Origin: the human T2T-CHM13v2.0 reference genome, Homo sapiens
Direction: 5' to 3' (one strand)
Length of the DNA: 64,000 bases
Assembly (NCBI RefSeq): GCF_009914755.1
Contig: NC_060925.1
Each line of letters starts with the position of its first letter. The stretch's first letter is position 1. The position numbers and the translations under genes were made by a program. Shown here piece after piece: positions 1-16,171 of the stretch. The notes beneath the pieces are model-generated. The model did not search any database. It was not told the DNA's origin and saw only the letters and a list, made by a program, of their open reading frames with translations.

Positions 1-99
1 CAAATGTATACCACAAGCACCTGCAGGCGGGAATTGTAAATAAATCCTGGAGTGGGTTGGGGAGTGCCAGGCTTTGGTTCTATGGTATTATATAGATAT

Positions 100-1310
<1,211 letters not shown>

Positions 1311-1559
1311 GATCAATATTTACTGTTTAACAAATACTAATGCCTTTCTATTCAACACAGTGATATGTGACCAATCGTAGCAGTTCTTGAGGGCTTTGTT
1401 TCTTTGCACTTCACAGTTTTCTCCTTTCTTAGCCCCACAGTCCTTTAGAGAAGGGGAATAAGCAATAATCATTGTTTTGACTTTGCATCAGTAATTTATA
1501 TAATTCAAGGAGTCCACCTATGTAGGCTGAAGTGCTTTGCAAAGTATATGTAAATTAGA

Positions 1560-2054
1560 TTTAATTTCATGAGAATATACTATTTTTCACTAGTACATTA
1601 ATAGTTGACCATTTCATGAATTACATACTGAAAATCCTTGCTAAGAAAAAAATATGGAATATTCTTCTGAACGCTTTGTGATATCCCAATGCTTCTAGTG
1701 TTTTATAATTATATTTGGCTTTAGGCCTGAAGTTACTTGGCCCAATGATGCAATTTGTCACTTTTATGTGTTACTTCCAAATGATTTTAATGTGTTTTAT
1801 GCATGTAAAAACGGCAGGACAAGTCCCTGAAGATTATGGGAACAGATTTTTGAATTACATGGTGAATTTTTATTTCTAAAATATTGACTTTTCTACTCAG
1901 GAAATAATATTGAATGCCCTGTGGATAAGCTATGTAAAATGAATACGAAAGTGGACTGAGGATTGCTGAACTGGAGCTAACTGCTTTATTCATTCAGAGG
2001 CAATCACAGGAGTGATCTGGGCCCTTTGTTTTCTTACAGCCGTGTCTGATGCTC
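1560..2054 (-). pseudogene. Channel relic, repeat IV, CNBD
   Basis: YSFYIAYPQGIQYYFLSRKVNI...HVIQKSV, QIASLGQ (1737-1757), NTRS, and IFFLSKDFQYVI at about 1619-1654 (cf. LxxLSKxDFxxVL). Confidence 0.65.
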
Positions 2055-2366
2055 CTGTATAATAAAGTAAGCAGCTTAAATTGTTGCTTTAGTCAACAAG
2101 TCCTTGATCAATCAGTGACTCACTGACAAACTATTTATGAAGTATATACTACTTATATTGAGATATATGCCATAGGGAATATATAAGAAAACTTTACTTC
2201 CTGTTCTCCAGGAACCTGGTTATGGAGACATGGCTATGGCATGCTAAATAAAGTGAGAAAAAACAAAGTATATTTTAATTCTCAATTCTTTAGTATATTT
2301 TTAAAAGCTAGAGGATTCAAGCAAAGGGAAAAATCAGTGTAATATAGAGTATTAAAGAAAGATATT

Positions 2367-2675
<309 letters not shown>

Positions 2676-2899
2676 GATATTAAGGGAAGAGTATACTTTG
2701 GATGTTCTTCTACATGGACATGGAAAATCCAATTTAGAAGAGGGAAGGTGAATCCTGTACTTCATCTTTGCTCCTCTTAACTTGGCCTAACATTGTTTGG
2801 TAGATATTTGCTGGAAAATAATTATGTGACTTTGAATGACATGGCTATCCAAAGAGAAGAGAAGTGATCTAGTGATCTGGTGATCTAAGCAGGCAGAAG

Positions 2900-3090
2900 A
2901 GCATCACTAATGAACAAAGTGTAAATGAGTTCAACCTGTTTAGGGCAAATATGGTAATAACCTTCCTTAGAATGAAAGTTCAGTGGTAAAAAAAAATCAG
3001 AAAGTAGGATTTCACCTGCAAATATCTTTTGATAATATATTAATGAGTAATATGTTATCAAACAATTGTTTGACTTATCAAACAATAAAT
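2900..3090 (-). pseudogene. Channel relic, repeat IV, C-linker
   Basis: ORF 2885..3085 reads LITYYSLIYYQKIFAGEILLSDFFLPLNFHSKEGYYHICPKQVELI (cf. VxxYYxYLWxxxxG...LPxxxxxE...VxLF). Confidence 0.68.
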
Positions 3091-3413
3091 CTCAAACGTT
3101 CATTTAGTTTTTTTATAATTACCATATAAACAAATAGCTACCAAGTTTTAGTATAAATTACTTGGAAAAAATATGATGGAATTGTTAAAAGTACTGCTAA
3201 TCAAGACATATGCATTACCTAATTAAAATTTTACTAGATATGTAAACTGTTTCAGCTGATCTGATTAGGATAAAAAGTTGTTCCTAGTATTTACTATTAT
3301 TCTTTTAAATTCCTAATTCCTGTGGCCACTTCTTTACCCATTTTCAAGCCTCTTTTCCTGAATATAGTCTGTATTTTCCTGAATATAATCTCTCATAGTA
3401 AGAGTAGGCTTGA

Positions 3414-3935
3414 TGTGACGGTTAATTTCAGTTGTCGACTGGACTGGGTTAAGGGATACTCAGATCGATGGTAAAGCTTTATTTCTGGGCATGTCTGTGA
3501 GGGTGTTTCCAGAAGAAATTGACATTTGAGTCAGTAGACTGAGGAAGAAAGATCTGCCTTCACCCAGTGTGTTCGGGCACCATCTAATTGGTTGAGGGCT
3601 GGGTATTACAAAAAGGCAGAGGAAAAACACATTTGCTCTCTGTTCTGGAGCTGAGGCACCCATTTTCTCCTGCCCTTAAACATCAGAGCTCAGGGATCTC
3701 TCTGGGCTTTGGTCAGGGGACACCAGTGGCCCCAGTTTCTCTGGCCTTCAGTCTCATACTGAGAGTTACGCCATTGGCAACCTTGGTTCTCAGGCTTTCA
3801 GATTTGGATTGAGTTATGGTATTGGCTTTTCTGCTTCTCCAGCTTGCAAATGCCATATTATGGGGCTTCTCAGCTTCAGTAATCAAGTGAATCAACTCCC
3901 ATAATAAATCCTGTCTTATGCCTTGTGCCCTTGCA

Positions 3936-3974
<39 letters not shown>

Positions 3975-4049
3975 CATGAACACACACACACACACACATA
4001 CACCTCTCCTATTGACTCTATTTCTCTGGGAAACCCTAACTAATATACA
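3414..4049 (+). mobile_element. MLT2B-type solo LTR (ERVL)
   Basis: Termini tgtgacggttaattt... and ...aaccctaactaatataca, with a typical MLT2 body. Confidence 0.88.
3936..4002. repeat. Compound microsatellite (CT)n(AT)n(AC)n inside MLT2
   Basis: Read directly from the sequence. Confidence 0.95.
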
Positions 4050-4469
4050 CTTTGGTAGAAACTATGTTTGGTCTAGGTTACCACAAAGGGTCTAGAAGAG
4101 GAAAAAACATTAGAAACTCAGAAAGGCCAGGTTTCACTAACTGAAAGTTATAGTCTGGGCAATTTATTCAGCTGCAAAGGCTGGGCTTGATGAACAGTGG
4201 TCCAAGATGAACAGAAAATGGAAAGCTAAGACATGGTATAAAAAATAAGATCAAAGGCAACAGTTTCATCTGCATTGTAGTTCTGATAGAGGCCCGGTTT
4301 TTGACAGAAGCCCACCCAGTGACTGGGTACACGGTGAGTAGAATTGAGAAAAGGAACTAGCAAGAGTTGGTTGAGGTATCAGAACTGCAGCCTAAAAGGC
4401 TGAGATTTGGGAGTCTGAGATAAAAACCAAGATAAGAGAAATATAAGGAGGAATTAGAGAGTATTACAA

Positions 4470-4705
4470 CTTAAGCAATAAATGTTTGCTAAATTTTCCT
4501 TTGGTGAACAAATTCAAAGCTTGACTGAAATTAAAGAGTGTTACAGTTGGTGTCTTGGGATGTCTATGTCTATGCAACATAGAGGTACCAAAATAATATT
4601 GTTCCATGAAAATGGGAGAAAAACACCTATATTCATATAGTTTGTGTTTCCAGAAATAAATAGAAATTCCTGCAACATAAACCATTACGACAATTTTTTG
4701 AACAT
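4470..4705 (-). pseudogene. Channel relic, repeat IV, S6/C-linker start
   Basis: Strong acceptor ttcactttttcatttcttcatttag, then DVQKIVVMVYVAGISIY and NNIILVPLCCIDIDIPRHQL*HSLISVKL*I (cf. GxIxxxLxNxDxxRxxxxxxLxxIKxYM). Confidence 0.6.
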
Positions 4706-4959
4706 CTAAATGAAGAAATGAAAAAGTGAATAAATAATGGTCTTGTCCTTTGAGGCCAGAACAGTTGACATTTATCCAAATTCCGCCAGATGCTGGAGCT
4801 GATCCTACATTAGGTCTTGAGTCAAGCATGAAGACAGCAGTAAATTTTTTACAGACTCAGCAAAACACAAGGCCCAGTTAGTAAATACTTGCTATTTCTT
4901 GCTCTAGTTGGCTTTGGGAACTGAGACTGTGTCAATGTGGCTTAAAGTTTTGCCTGGGA

Positions 4960-5330
4960 AAGATAAGACTGTAAACCAACAAATCACTCTTTGCTTCAGA
5001 AAATTCCTAGAGATCAATTTACAAAGATAAAAATATTCTCATGTGAGCAAGTATCACTTGCTAAGTAACAGTATACTTACTTAAACACCATCCCTGTACT
5101 GTATCCACCAGTCCTAAACTATATTATATCATGAACTTTGCTCAAACCCAGTCATTTTCCCTCCTTGAAAGATTTACTTTACGAGACTTCAGGTCAGACC
5201 CTAAAGGCCTCTTCTGAACCCTGCTTCCTTCTGGATCGCTTCTAAGCCTTGCTCACTCTGTTCTGCAGTAAGCTCTAATTAGTTTATTTTTGCATTTTTA
5301 ATAAGTTGTCTGTTAATAGTTTGGTAAATT
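4960..5330 (+). mobile_element. Old ERV1 LTR (MER67-like)
   Basis: Motif ccaccagtcctaaactatattatatcatgaactttg. Family name from recall. Confidence 0.5.
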
Positions 5331-5339
5331 CAACACTTT

Positions 5340-5803
5340 TTATAAACTTGTTGCCTTTTGTTATGAATAACCATAACAAACTTGATTTCAAGGTATCAAA
5401 ATTGGCACTATAGCCAAGAAGAAAAAAAAAGTCTCTCATAAGGGGATATATTTGCTAGTCAATAGGCTAGCTATTGGTGTTATCATAGATTATTCTAAAC
5501 ACAGAAATGTAAGGCACTAAGTACTAAGCAAACTTCTGTGATTATGTATAAAGTCATCTAGCAGGCCTCTCAAACAAGAAAGATTATACAGTGTTATAAA
5601 GGGCTGAAAGGTAAATGTGGATTTTAATGTGCAAAGGATCAAAATTCTAAATGATGTACTACATGCATAATAAATAGAAAGAAACCAAGCAACTAAACTA
5701 TTATTAGTTATCATGAATAATTCACCAACTAAAGCATCATCAATACTAGCAGGAAGCAAATTTGTGATTTTAATTAATGTTTAACAAACCAGAACTATTC
5801 TGC
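5340..5803 (-). pseudogene. Channel relic, repeat IV, S1-S3
   Basis: Acceptor ...atcatgttctataag, then NLLPASIDDALVGELFMITNNSLVAWFLSIYYACSTSF (S1), LYNLSCLRGLLDDFIHNH (S2) and FFFFLAIVPILI (S3). These parallel repeat II (NLLDAGS, RYALSLCL, LAIV). Confidence 0.65.
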
Positions 5804-6199
5804 CTTATAGAACATGATAAATGATAAGGATAAAAAGCACAATATTTTTATCATTTAACACCATTATTAAAAATCAGCTTTTTAAAGTGCTTTTTGGAGC
5901 TTCTTACCCACTCATTATTTGCAAAATTCAGATAAGCAAACTAAATTTCAGCACTTTTTAAAACTGAATTGCTCAAGTACTATTTATGGAACATCATATA
6001 TGTCATAGATTCCATCTTTAATTCAATAAAATGTGAACAATAACATAGTAGTTTTTATAATGTTAAATTACAGTATTAGATGAAAGTTTGTTATATAATT
6101 TTTTAAAAAGAGAGGAATGCTAAATTAGCTTATCTCGTCTTCTCAACATATAATTTTCTAGGGCCAAGAACTAGTGGAATTCTAAGTTTTACCTGTGAG

Positions 6200-6700
6200 A
6201 AATGAAATCATCTATAGCCATGGCTTTACTCTCTAAATTAATATGACTTAATTAGCCCAGGAAATTCTTGCCTAGGAAATGAAGTTGTAGATAACTTTAT
6301 TGTTTCTTTCAGAAACTTTTAATCTACTTGTCCCAAAATAGACTATTCCGCATGCTTTCATCTGGGTTCCTTCTCAGAGCAATAGATCACTCAATTAGAT
6401 TCATCAAATATGTGTGTACTTTTCTATCACCTGCTTTACAAACCTTGCCTATGTCCACCAATCCTAACTACTATATCACCAACTTTGTCCAAGTCTAATC
6501 AGCATTCCCCCAACTACCCTACTAAAATTAGATTAGAAAACCCCCTCTACCTTATATTAGATGACAAAAACCATATAAATACTCCCTTCCTAGGCACCAT
6601 GAAGCACAATGGCCTTCCTTACTGTGGTTGGGCATAATTTCGACTTCTCTTGTTCATCAGGTCATATATTGGTAATTCTTTGGTAAATCAACGGTTGATA
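6200..6700 (+). mobile_element. Old ERV1 LTR (MER67-like)
   Basis: Motif ccaccaatcctaactactatatcaccaactttgtccaagtctaatca and TATA-like catataaata. Confidence 0.5.
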
Positions 6701-6759
6701 CCTAACAAATGTAAAATTCAGAATCAATGAACACGGGAAAGGGGAAGGAAATTAGCTTT

Positions 6760-6900
6760 AATATTATACATGTAATAATATACTACTATGTTATTATAGT
6801 ATGTATAATTTATTATAGTATATAATATTCTAGTATATTATTACATATGTACATACATAGTATATATTATATATGTTTATAGTACACATACATATAATCT
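6760..6900. repeat. AT-rich low-complexity/simple repeat
   Basis: Degenerate (TA)/(TATAG) runs. Confidence 0.85.
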
Positions 6901-7751
6901 CAATGAACTTAAATGAAATGAATTCTTTTGTATGGATATTATAATGTCCCTCCAAAAAGTAATATTTTTGAAATAAACCCAAAAAGACACCTTTCAGGAT
7001 ATTTATATAAAGGAGAGTATTAAAAAGTGTTCATTTTCGGGTTTCCAATCTTTTTCACTCTTACAAAAAGACCCAATTGAGAATTCAGAAGATTTAGTTG
7101 GAAATGAGACAGTTGCTGCCAATTGGAATTAAGTTACACATTCATGACAATTGGAGATTAAAATGAATTTATGGGGGGAGTAATTTTAAAACTGCCTTCT
7201 GTAAAGCACTATTTATAGGAGACGTTAAAACATGCACGTAATTTTTTTTTCTGTAGTCAAATATAGTTTGAAAAGCCTGCATACTCTAACCCCTTTTGAG
7301 GGTCACAATGCTCATTAGCATCTTCAAGGTCTAAGATGTTAACTCCCAGGGTCTTCTAAAGTAATTTGACTATATAACCCTTTATTAGAGTAACAGCTGT
7401 TAGCCTCCTTCAAATGCAATCCAAGGTGGTAATCACCAGATATTGCAATTTCAGAAACTCTGACCCAGTGCTTAAGTGTCTTTTAAAAATATGAATCATG
7501 TAATTTTAACATTGGATATTGTGTAATTCTCTAACCAACTGCTGTGTGCTCACATTCAAGACACATGATTATTATGCACTCTCTGCTTAAAAACTCCATT
7601 GACTGAACAATTTATCATCCCTATCACTTCTTTGCCTTCTGGTAACACAGTATGCCATAAATACCTTTACCCATGCTTAGAATATGCCTCTATCAAAATT
7701 CTTTTTATGGATATTCCAGAGTCACACAAATATAAATCCATATGATAGTTT

Positions 7752-8117
7752 CTATAGTCAGAATGTTTGCGTCCTCCCCCAAAATTTACACATTAAAATC
7801 CTAACTTCCAATGTAATACTATTAGGAAGTGGGACCTTTTGAGAGGTGATAGATCTTGAGGACAGAGCCCTAATGAATGAGTTCAGTGTCCTTAGAAAGG
7901 AGGCCTAAGGGAGCTCATTTGTTCCCTCTACTACATGAGGCCACAGCTAGCAGACCCCAACTATGAACCAGAAAGTGGGCTCACACAAGACACTGAATCT
8001 GCTTTCACCTTGATCTTGGACTTCCCAGTCTCCAGAACTATAAGAAATACATTACTGTTGTTTATAAGCTGCCTGGTGTGTAGTATTTTGTTATAGAAGT
8101 CTGAATGTACTAAGATG
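7752..8117 (+). mobile_element. MLT1A/MLT1A0 LTR (MaLR)
   Basis: gaatgtttgcgtcctccccc...caccttgatcttggacttcccagtctccagaact...ttttgttatag...actaaga. Confidence 0.88.
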
Positions 8118-8489
8118 ATAGTTTTTCAGTTTGATGGTAGCAGTCCCATGAACATTTCATTTCTCCACTAAAACAGACTCATTCCAGCTATCCATTTTGT
8201 AGATGGATTTGGGGTTCCATTTCTTCAATAAATAAGGCCTATCTTTCAAATTCCCATTTTGAATATGTTGTCAAAAATTGAGTACAGTTTGTCAGGAATA
8301 GACTTATAAATGCAGAGTAGATTGGCACCATAATTTCCTATATTGGATACTGCATTTCTATTAGAATTATAAAAACAATTTATCGATAGTTTTTTATAAA
8401 TAGAATATTTTTCTCATTTACTGTTGTTTAGTAATGTAAAAAAAATCTAAAGTACTTTAGAAATGAAACCCCAAATCATGTCTACAAAA

Positions 8490-10450
<1,961 letters not shown>

Positions 10451-10509
10451 GTTCATTTTAATTTTGCTTTGACAATAATGAATTCTCAATTAATTTCACC
10501 TACTGTTGG

Positions 10510-10900
10510 TTTGTGAGAGACTCCTAGTTGCTTCCCAACATTAATTTCCTCTATTCTCTTGAATCATTGAGCCCAATTTCTAGCTGAGCACATTGCCAGC
10601 TAGAAGATTGTATATTTCAGTCTGCCCTGTAACCAGGTGTAACTATGACTAAGTAAATGCAAATAAGATATTAAGAGAAGTCCCATGAGGAAACTTTAAG
10701 AAGTTTCTCTTTAAGGTAGGAGTATGACTTTCTCCACCCCTTCTTCCTGTGGCAGGAATGCAGTGTAGCCATTTTGTACCATTAACCAGTCAAGGGTTAA
10801 GGAACCTTTTTAGAAAATGGAGCTTCGTCATAGCTGGTTTTGTGAAATACATGGTAGAAAAATAATCTATTTTATGTTTATTTCTTATTAAACTGAGACT
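10510..10900 (+). mobile_element. LTR33-like (ERVL)
   Basis: agagactcctagttgcttcccaa...ctagctgagcacattgccagc...aggtgtaactatgactaagt. Confidence 0.65.
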
Positions 10901-11023
10901 CTTTGAGAAACTTTATTTATTTAAGTAGCATAGCTCAGAATTACAGAATTATAATATGTTTAGAAGTCAATAAGTAAATATCTAAATTAAATTGACCAAA
11001 ATATGTGACAAAATTGAAAAGTT

Positions 11024-11320
11024 GGCTGGGCACAGTGATAATCCCAGCATTCAAGGAGGTCGAGGAAGGAGGATCCCTTCATGCCAGGAGGTCAAGACCA
11101 GCCTGCACAACATAGCAAGACCCTACATTACAAGAAATTAAAAAAAAAAAAAGCTGGGTATGGTGGTGGATACCTCTAGTCTCAGCTACTCAAGAGGCTG
11201 AGGAAGGAGAATTGCTTGAGCTCAGGAGTTTAAGGCTACAGTGAGCTATGATCGCACCACTGCATTCCAGCCTGGGCAAGAAAGTGAGACCACGTTTCTA
11301 TAAAACAAAACAAAACAAAA
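11024..11320 (+). mobile_element. AluJ
   Basis: Diverged dimer with (CAAAA)n tail and degenerate TSD aaaa(t/c)tgaaaa(g/c)tt. Confidence 0.92.
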
Positions 11321-12699
11321 CTGAAAACTTAAGCAACACCTCAGTAAAAATTTGCCATAGCTATTAATAATCATTCTGTAATGAATTGCTATTATGTGAG
11401 CTGATGAACACTGAGTTGTTTCTTGCTTTGTCTATTTAAAACCTAATATCCTAATTTAAGGTGAATTTTGAGAATGTTCATTATTTCTATTTGGCACATA
11501 CTTATAAGGTATAGACATACAGATCTCTTGTACAATATTCAAAAACTTTGAGACAATAACTTTTGTGGACTATGTAATTTTTAAGTTTTAAAAAAGCAAA
11601 GTGCTGTAGCTACCAAACACTATGTAACTCCTCCAGTGGGGTCTCTTTATCAACTTATAATAGGACACATTAATATTTCTGCACTGGAGAATCCTTGAAT
11701 ATTCATGCTAAGTGGGATGAATAAAGACTATAAATAGCCTCATGTCAGTTTATGTTAGGTTTTACTGTCAAATGATTTCATTAAGAAAATAATGGCTTTG
11801 AGCACTTTTTTATGAATAGTAGATAATCAATTATAAACTAATAGCACAGGCTGACTTTATTTCATCTGTCTTTTTACCCTAAATTCTGTAGAACGCAAGA
11901 GGGTAAGCTCCTTTTCAAAGAGGATTAATTATTAGTTACATCCATATGAATAGACGAGATTTTATAAATTCTGGAGAGGCTGGGTCTTTCTCTTCCGAGC
12001 AGAAAAGATACAGCTCTTCTGAGTGGACCGGACATGGATTCACCACAGCAGCTCAAACTGGTGGCTGTGCCAGGGAGTTCACTACTGATCTCACTATCTC
12101 TTTCTCATTAAAGGTAGTCATGGAAGTTTGCTCCAGGAAGCCTAATAACATGGAGAGTAACATGGTCTTCAAGTTGGCTGTCAAGCATCTCAAAGGTGAA
12201 AGACATTCAGGGACTGAGACTCTAGTCAAAATTAATGTACTAATTGTTTGAAATTGGCTATGAAGCAATAGCAGATTCATATTCAAACTTAGCATTAGTA
12301 CTTGTAATCAAATTGCTATATTATTACAAAATGACCTATTCAAGCTTTATATTTAAAGCATAAAGGCTTTCAGTAACTTAGGGGATAGTCTGACAACCAA
12401 AGAGTGTCTTATTACAAACTTGTTTTGCTTTGAAACTCCAAGACATCAATAAGTGTATGGCCGCCAAAACTTTAAAAGATTGTGCTTTCCTGCTTATGAT
12501 ATTAAAAATAATAACTGATGACATTATAGCAATGATGAGAGTTTACGTTATAGGTTTGTGATGTGAGTAATTTCTATTGTAGAAATTTAAGGAGTCAGTA
12601 TTTGGTTTTTCATGTTCTCTTTTTTTCTAAGCCTTCATGATCATAAAATCATATGTTAAGATGTCTATATAATCAATCTGCATTTCAGAGTGACCTTGA

Positions 12700-13720
12700 A
12701 GAGCAGAGCACTTTTTTGACTCTTGACTGAAACGTAACATGAGTAAAAAAATTCACTCATATACTCATTGAGATTTTCAAGGCGCTTCTTACTGCAGCAT
12801 AACCCAGCCTATGCTGACAGCATAGACACTTGAATTAGAAATAAGGTGTACCATAACAAAAATGCTCAAATATGTGCCACTGACTTCTTAAGTGATAGAA
12901 AGCAAGAAAACTGTTTTTGGAAGCTGAGCAAAGTCAATCAATATAATATATGGTGAAACATGATGAAACTATTACAAATCATAAATTAGATTGTTGTCAC
13001 CTAATGAGTTTCTTGCTTGGGAAAACAAGTGAAGAAACCTCATGTTAGTAGCATGAGTTAGTTATTATTGGTAGCATTTCAAAAGCTACTATAAAAATGT
13101 TATAAGCCCAGTAAAGTATTAACTGGTTTGCAAGCAGGAATTAAAGAGAAGAAAGATATTTCAGAAATTTGGGGACTTTCAGAATTGAAAGCTTCAGTTG
13201 TTTCTCAACATCAACATAAAACATAAAAAAAAGACTAAGAAGATAAATGGAAAGATTAAAATTCAAGTTCTTGTCAAGGATTATTGTAATATCCACTGTT
13301 TAAAACCAGTGAATGAATTGAAATTGCACTCAGTAAATTGCATCAGTTGACCAAAATGGCTTAGGAAGAAAAGCTAAAAGGTGAGACTTTTCCAAGGGTG
13401 GTTGAGAATCTTTGTAGAGAGACTGGAGAGGAAAACATGTCTTGAAACAAATTCTTGATAGTAATTTTAGTTTGTCTATTAACAAAAGGATAAGTCTGAA
13501 AATAAAGAAATATGAAGTCAAGATTCACCAACGTAGGGAAAAAGCTTTGAATGTTTGATAGTTAAAATATTCCTTTTGTATCCAATCTTCTAAGGACAGG
13601 AAGTGAATTGGGAGACTAACTCATTCCTTGTTTGCAACAAATACTTTGCAGTATCCCCTATCAAGAAGTGGAGTTCATTTTTCATTCACTAGAATATTGT
13701 CTGGCCTTATGTAAATTTAC
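12700..13720 (+). mobile_element. MaLR (MLT1) LTR end, internal sequence and LTR start
   Basis: LTR end ttactgcagcataacccagcctatgctgac, then ccataacaaaaatgctcaaatatgtg (MLT1-int-like). MLT1F/G-like start at about 13630. Confidence 0.5.
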
Positions 13721-13729
13721 ATAATTTAA

Positions 13730-13990
13730 CCAATTATGTAATTATTTAAATTATTAATTATTGCACTGGAATGTTTAACAATTATTATTAGTAATATGAC
13801 ATTAAATATAAAATATTATTAACCAACAATATTTGTTACATTATTGATAATTACCAATATTATAACATTAATTATCAATTATCTAACAAACATTAATTGT
13901 TACAAACATAACAATAATGCAATCTTACTTTAAAATAAAGTTATAATTAAATTTGTGAATTATGGAATCTGATTAAATTAACTATTATAG
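13730..13990. repeat. AT-rich low complexity
   Basis: Read directly from the sequence. Confidence 0.8.
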
Positions 13991-14457
13991 AGACAATATT
14001 CTTCTTTCTGCTTTTTTCTCTCTTAAGTTTTCTAAAACTATATAGTTCTTCTAAATTTATATCAGAATGTTAATGAAAACTCTATAATTCCTGAAAATAA
14101 TTCAAGAGAAAGATGCAATTCATTAAAGAGCTCTTGTTTGTAATACTGCAAGGGCAAAAAGGGAAAAACAGCATAAAATTTTAAAAAAATGTTGACAAAG
14201 TAAAATTACTAAATAAATTACATTAAACAATGAGTATGAAAGCAAATAATATTTTGTTTGAATTCAATATTTCTATATATATATCTATTTTACTAATTCT
14301 GTCCATTATAAGCTTCTCTGAGGAATTTTAATGGCTGACAACATATTTTTTAAAAGAGTACATATTAAATGTGTATGCATTTTTTTCAGACATTGATTTA
14401 GCATTACATTGATGAGCATTAAATCAATGAGCATTAAATAGATGCTAACTTCAAATC

Positions 14458-14625
14458 CCTTGAGCTAGGGAGTTATAGACCACCCTGGGCATCATAGTGA
14501 GACTCTGTCTCTACTGAAAATCCAAAAAATTTGCTGGCCATGGTGAAAAATACTTGTACTCCCAGCTGCCTGAGAGCCTTAGGTGGGAGGACCACTTAAG
14601 CCTGGAAGATGGAGGTTGCAGTGAT
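14458..14625 (+). mobile_element. AluJ internal fragment
   Basis: gaccaccctgggc...tactgaaaatccaaaaaatt...ggaggttgcagtga, with both ends missing. Confidence 0.85.
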
Positions 14626-14699
14626 CTCTGTTTTCTCAACTGTGAAGTTAGTTTTCCCTTCATACTATAACAAACATATAATATTAACTCTTTCATTAA

Positions 14700-15050
14700 C
14701 ACAACTAGAATATATATAATTTTTAGTATTATAGTTAATATACACACACACAGTACACAAACATATACACATACAAATAAGGTATATATAGACACTATAT
14801 GTATATAATAATGCATATTTAATACCTAATATTTAATATTTAATACTGATACCTAATATTTAATACCTAATATTTAATATAATTAATTATATTGGATAAT
14901 GCTATATCATAATATTTATTATATTATGTTATATAATTATAATTATGTTATAATTATATTTAATATAATTAATTTATGTATAATTAATATATACATGCAG
15001 CATATATACCATATATCTCTCTACAGTAATATGTAATATTTAATATAACT
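14700..15050. repeat. AT-rich simple repeats including tacctaatatttaa units
   Basis: Read directly from the sequence. Confidence 0.8.
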
Positions 15051-15171
15051 GACTCAAGCCATGTGTTTTAAAATTTTACATTAGGTCATAATCTGAGGAA
15101 ACGGTTTGTAATTAATTTTAATTATTTTATCTCTATTACTGAATATCAAAAAGCAATAGCAAAGTGAATAT

Positions 15172-15477
<306 letters not shown>

Positions 15478-16171
15478 CACAGTAAACATTTTAATCCAAA
15501 ATGTTATTGCATGTGGTTCTCCTCGATTTTTTGTGTTTTTTATGAAATTCAAATATATTTTATAAGGTGGCCTCTAGTGTGCACAATTCTAGTGATAAAT
15601 TTAGAACTAAAACTGTAATCTTCTCATGTATCAAGACATTAGCATTATGGCCAGAAATACTGGAAAAATTTTACTGAGCATTTCAGGCTTTTATTTGACA
15701 ACTAGCTGTATGAAATACAAAATATAAATGTTTTGATATAGGGATTATATGCATCTAGATTTTGAAATATGACAACACAAACTCAAAAAATGAGACCAAA
15801 TACTCTTCAATTGTTTTAAAATTTATTAATTTCAAATGAATCATAAAATAATAATTCTTAAAAGATCATTGTAAATTTAGTGTGTATTTTTTAAATTCTT
15901 GAGAAAATAATAAAAAATAAGTTTAAAGTACACTAAAAATCAAATTAACAAAGCCAAACAAAATGCTAAGAAATATTTGATTCAACAAAGAATTCAGAAA
16001 AGGAGGAAAAAAGGAAGAAACAGAAGACTGCACAAATAAAAGATAAGTAGGAAGATGATAGGCTTAAAACACAATATATTGTAAACAGACTAAAAATTCC
16101 ATTTAAAACAGAGATGGCCAGATTTGATTTTTTAAAAGTCTAAGATATGTGCTGTTTATAAGACATAACCA

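Noticed and set aside
2040-2066. 27-nt plus-strand micro-exon (ttttcttacag...AAA|GTAAGC)
   Set aside because: It overlaps a minus-strand acceptor-like region of the channel relic and has no independent support; likely chance.
4960-6700. Two MER67-like LTRs as a deleted provirus
   Set aside because: The copies are quite divergent from each other and the sequence between them is the channel S1-S3 relic, not retroviral.
11946-12295. Overlapping 101-aa (+) and 80-aa (-) ORFs in unique DNA
   Set aside because: No recognisable domain, weak splice context and no fit to the channel module order.
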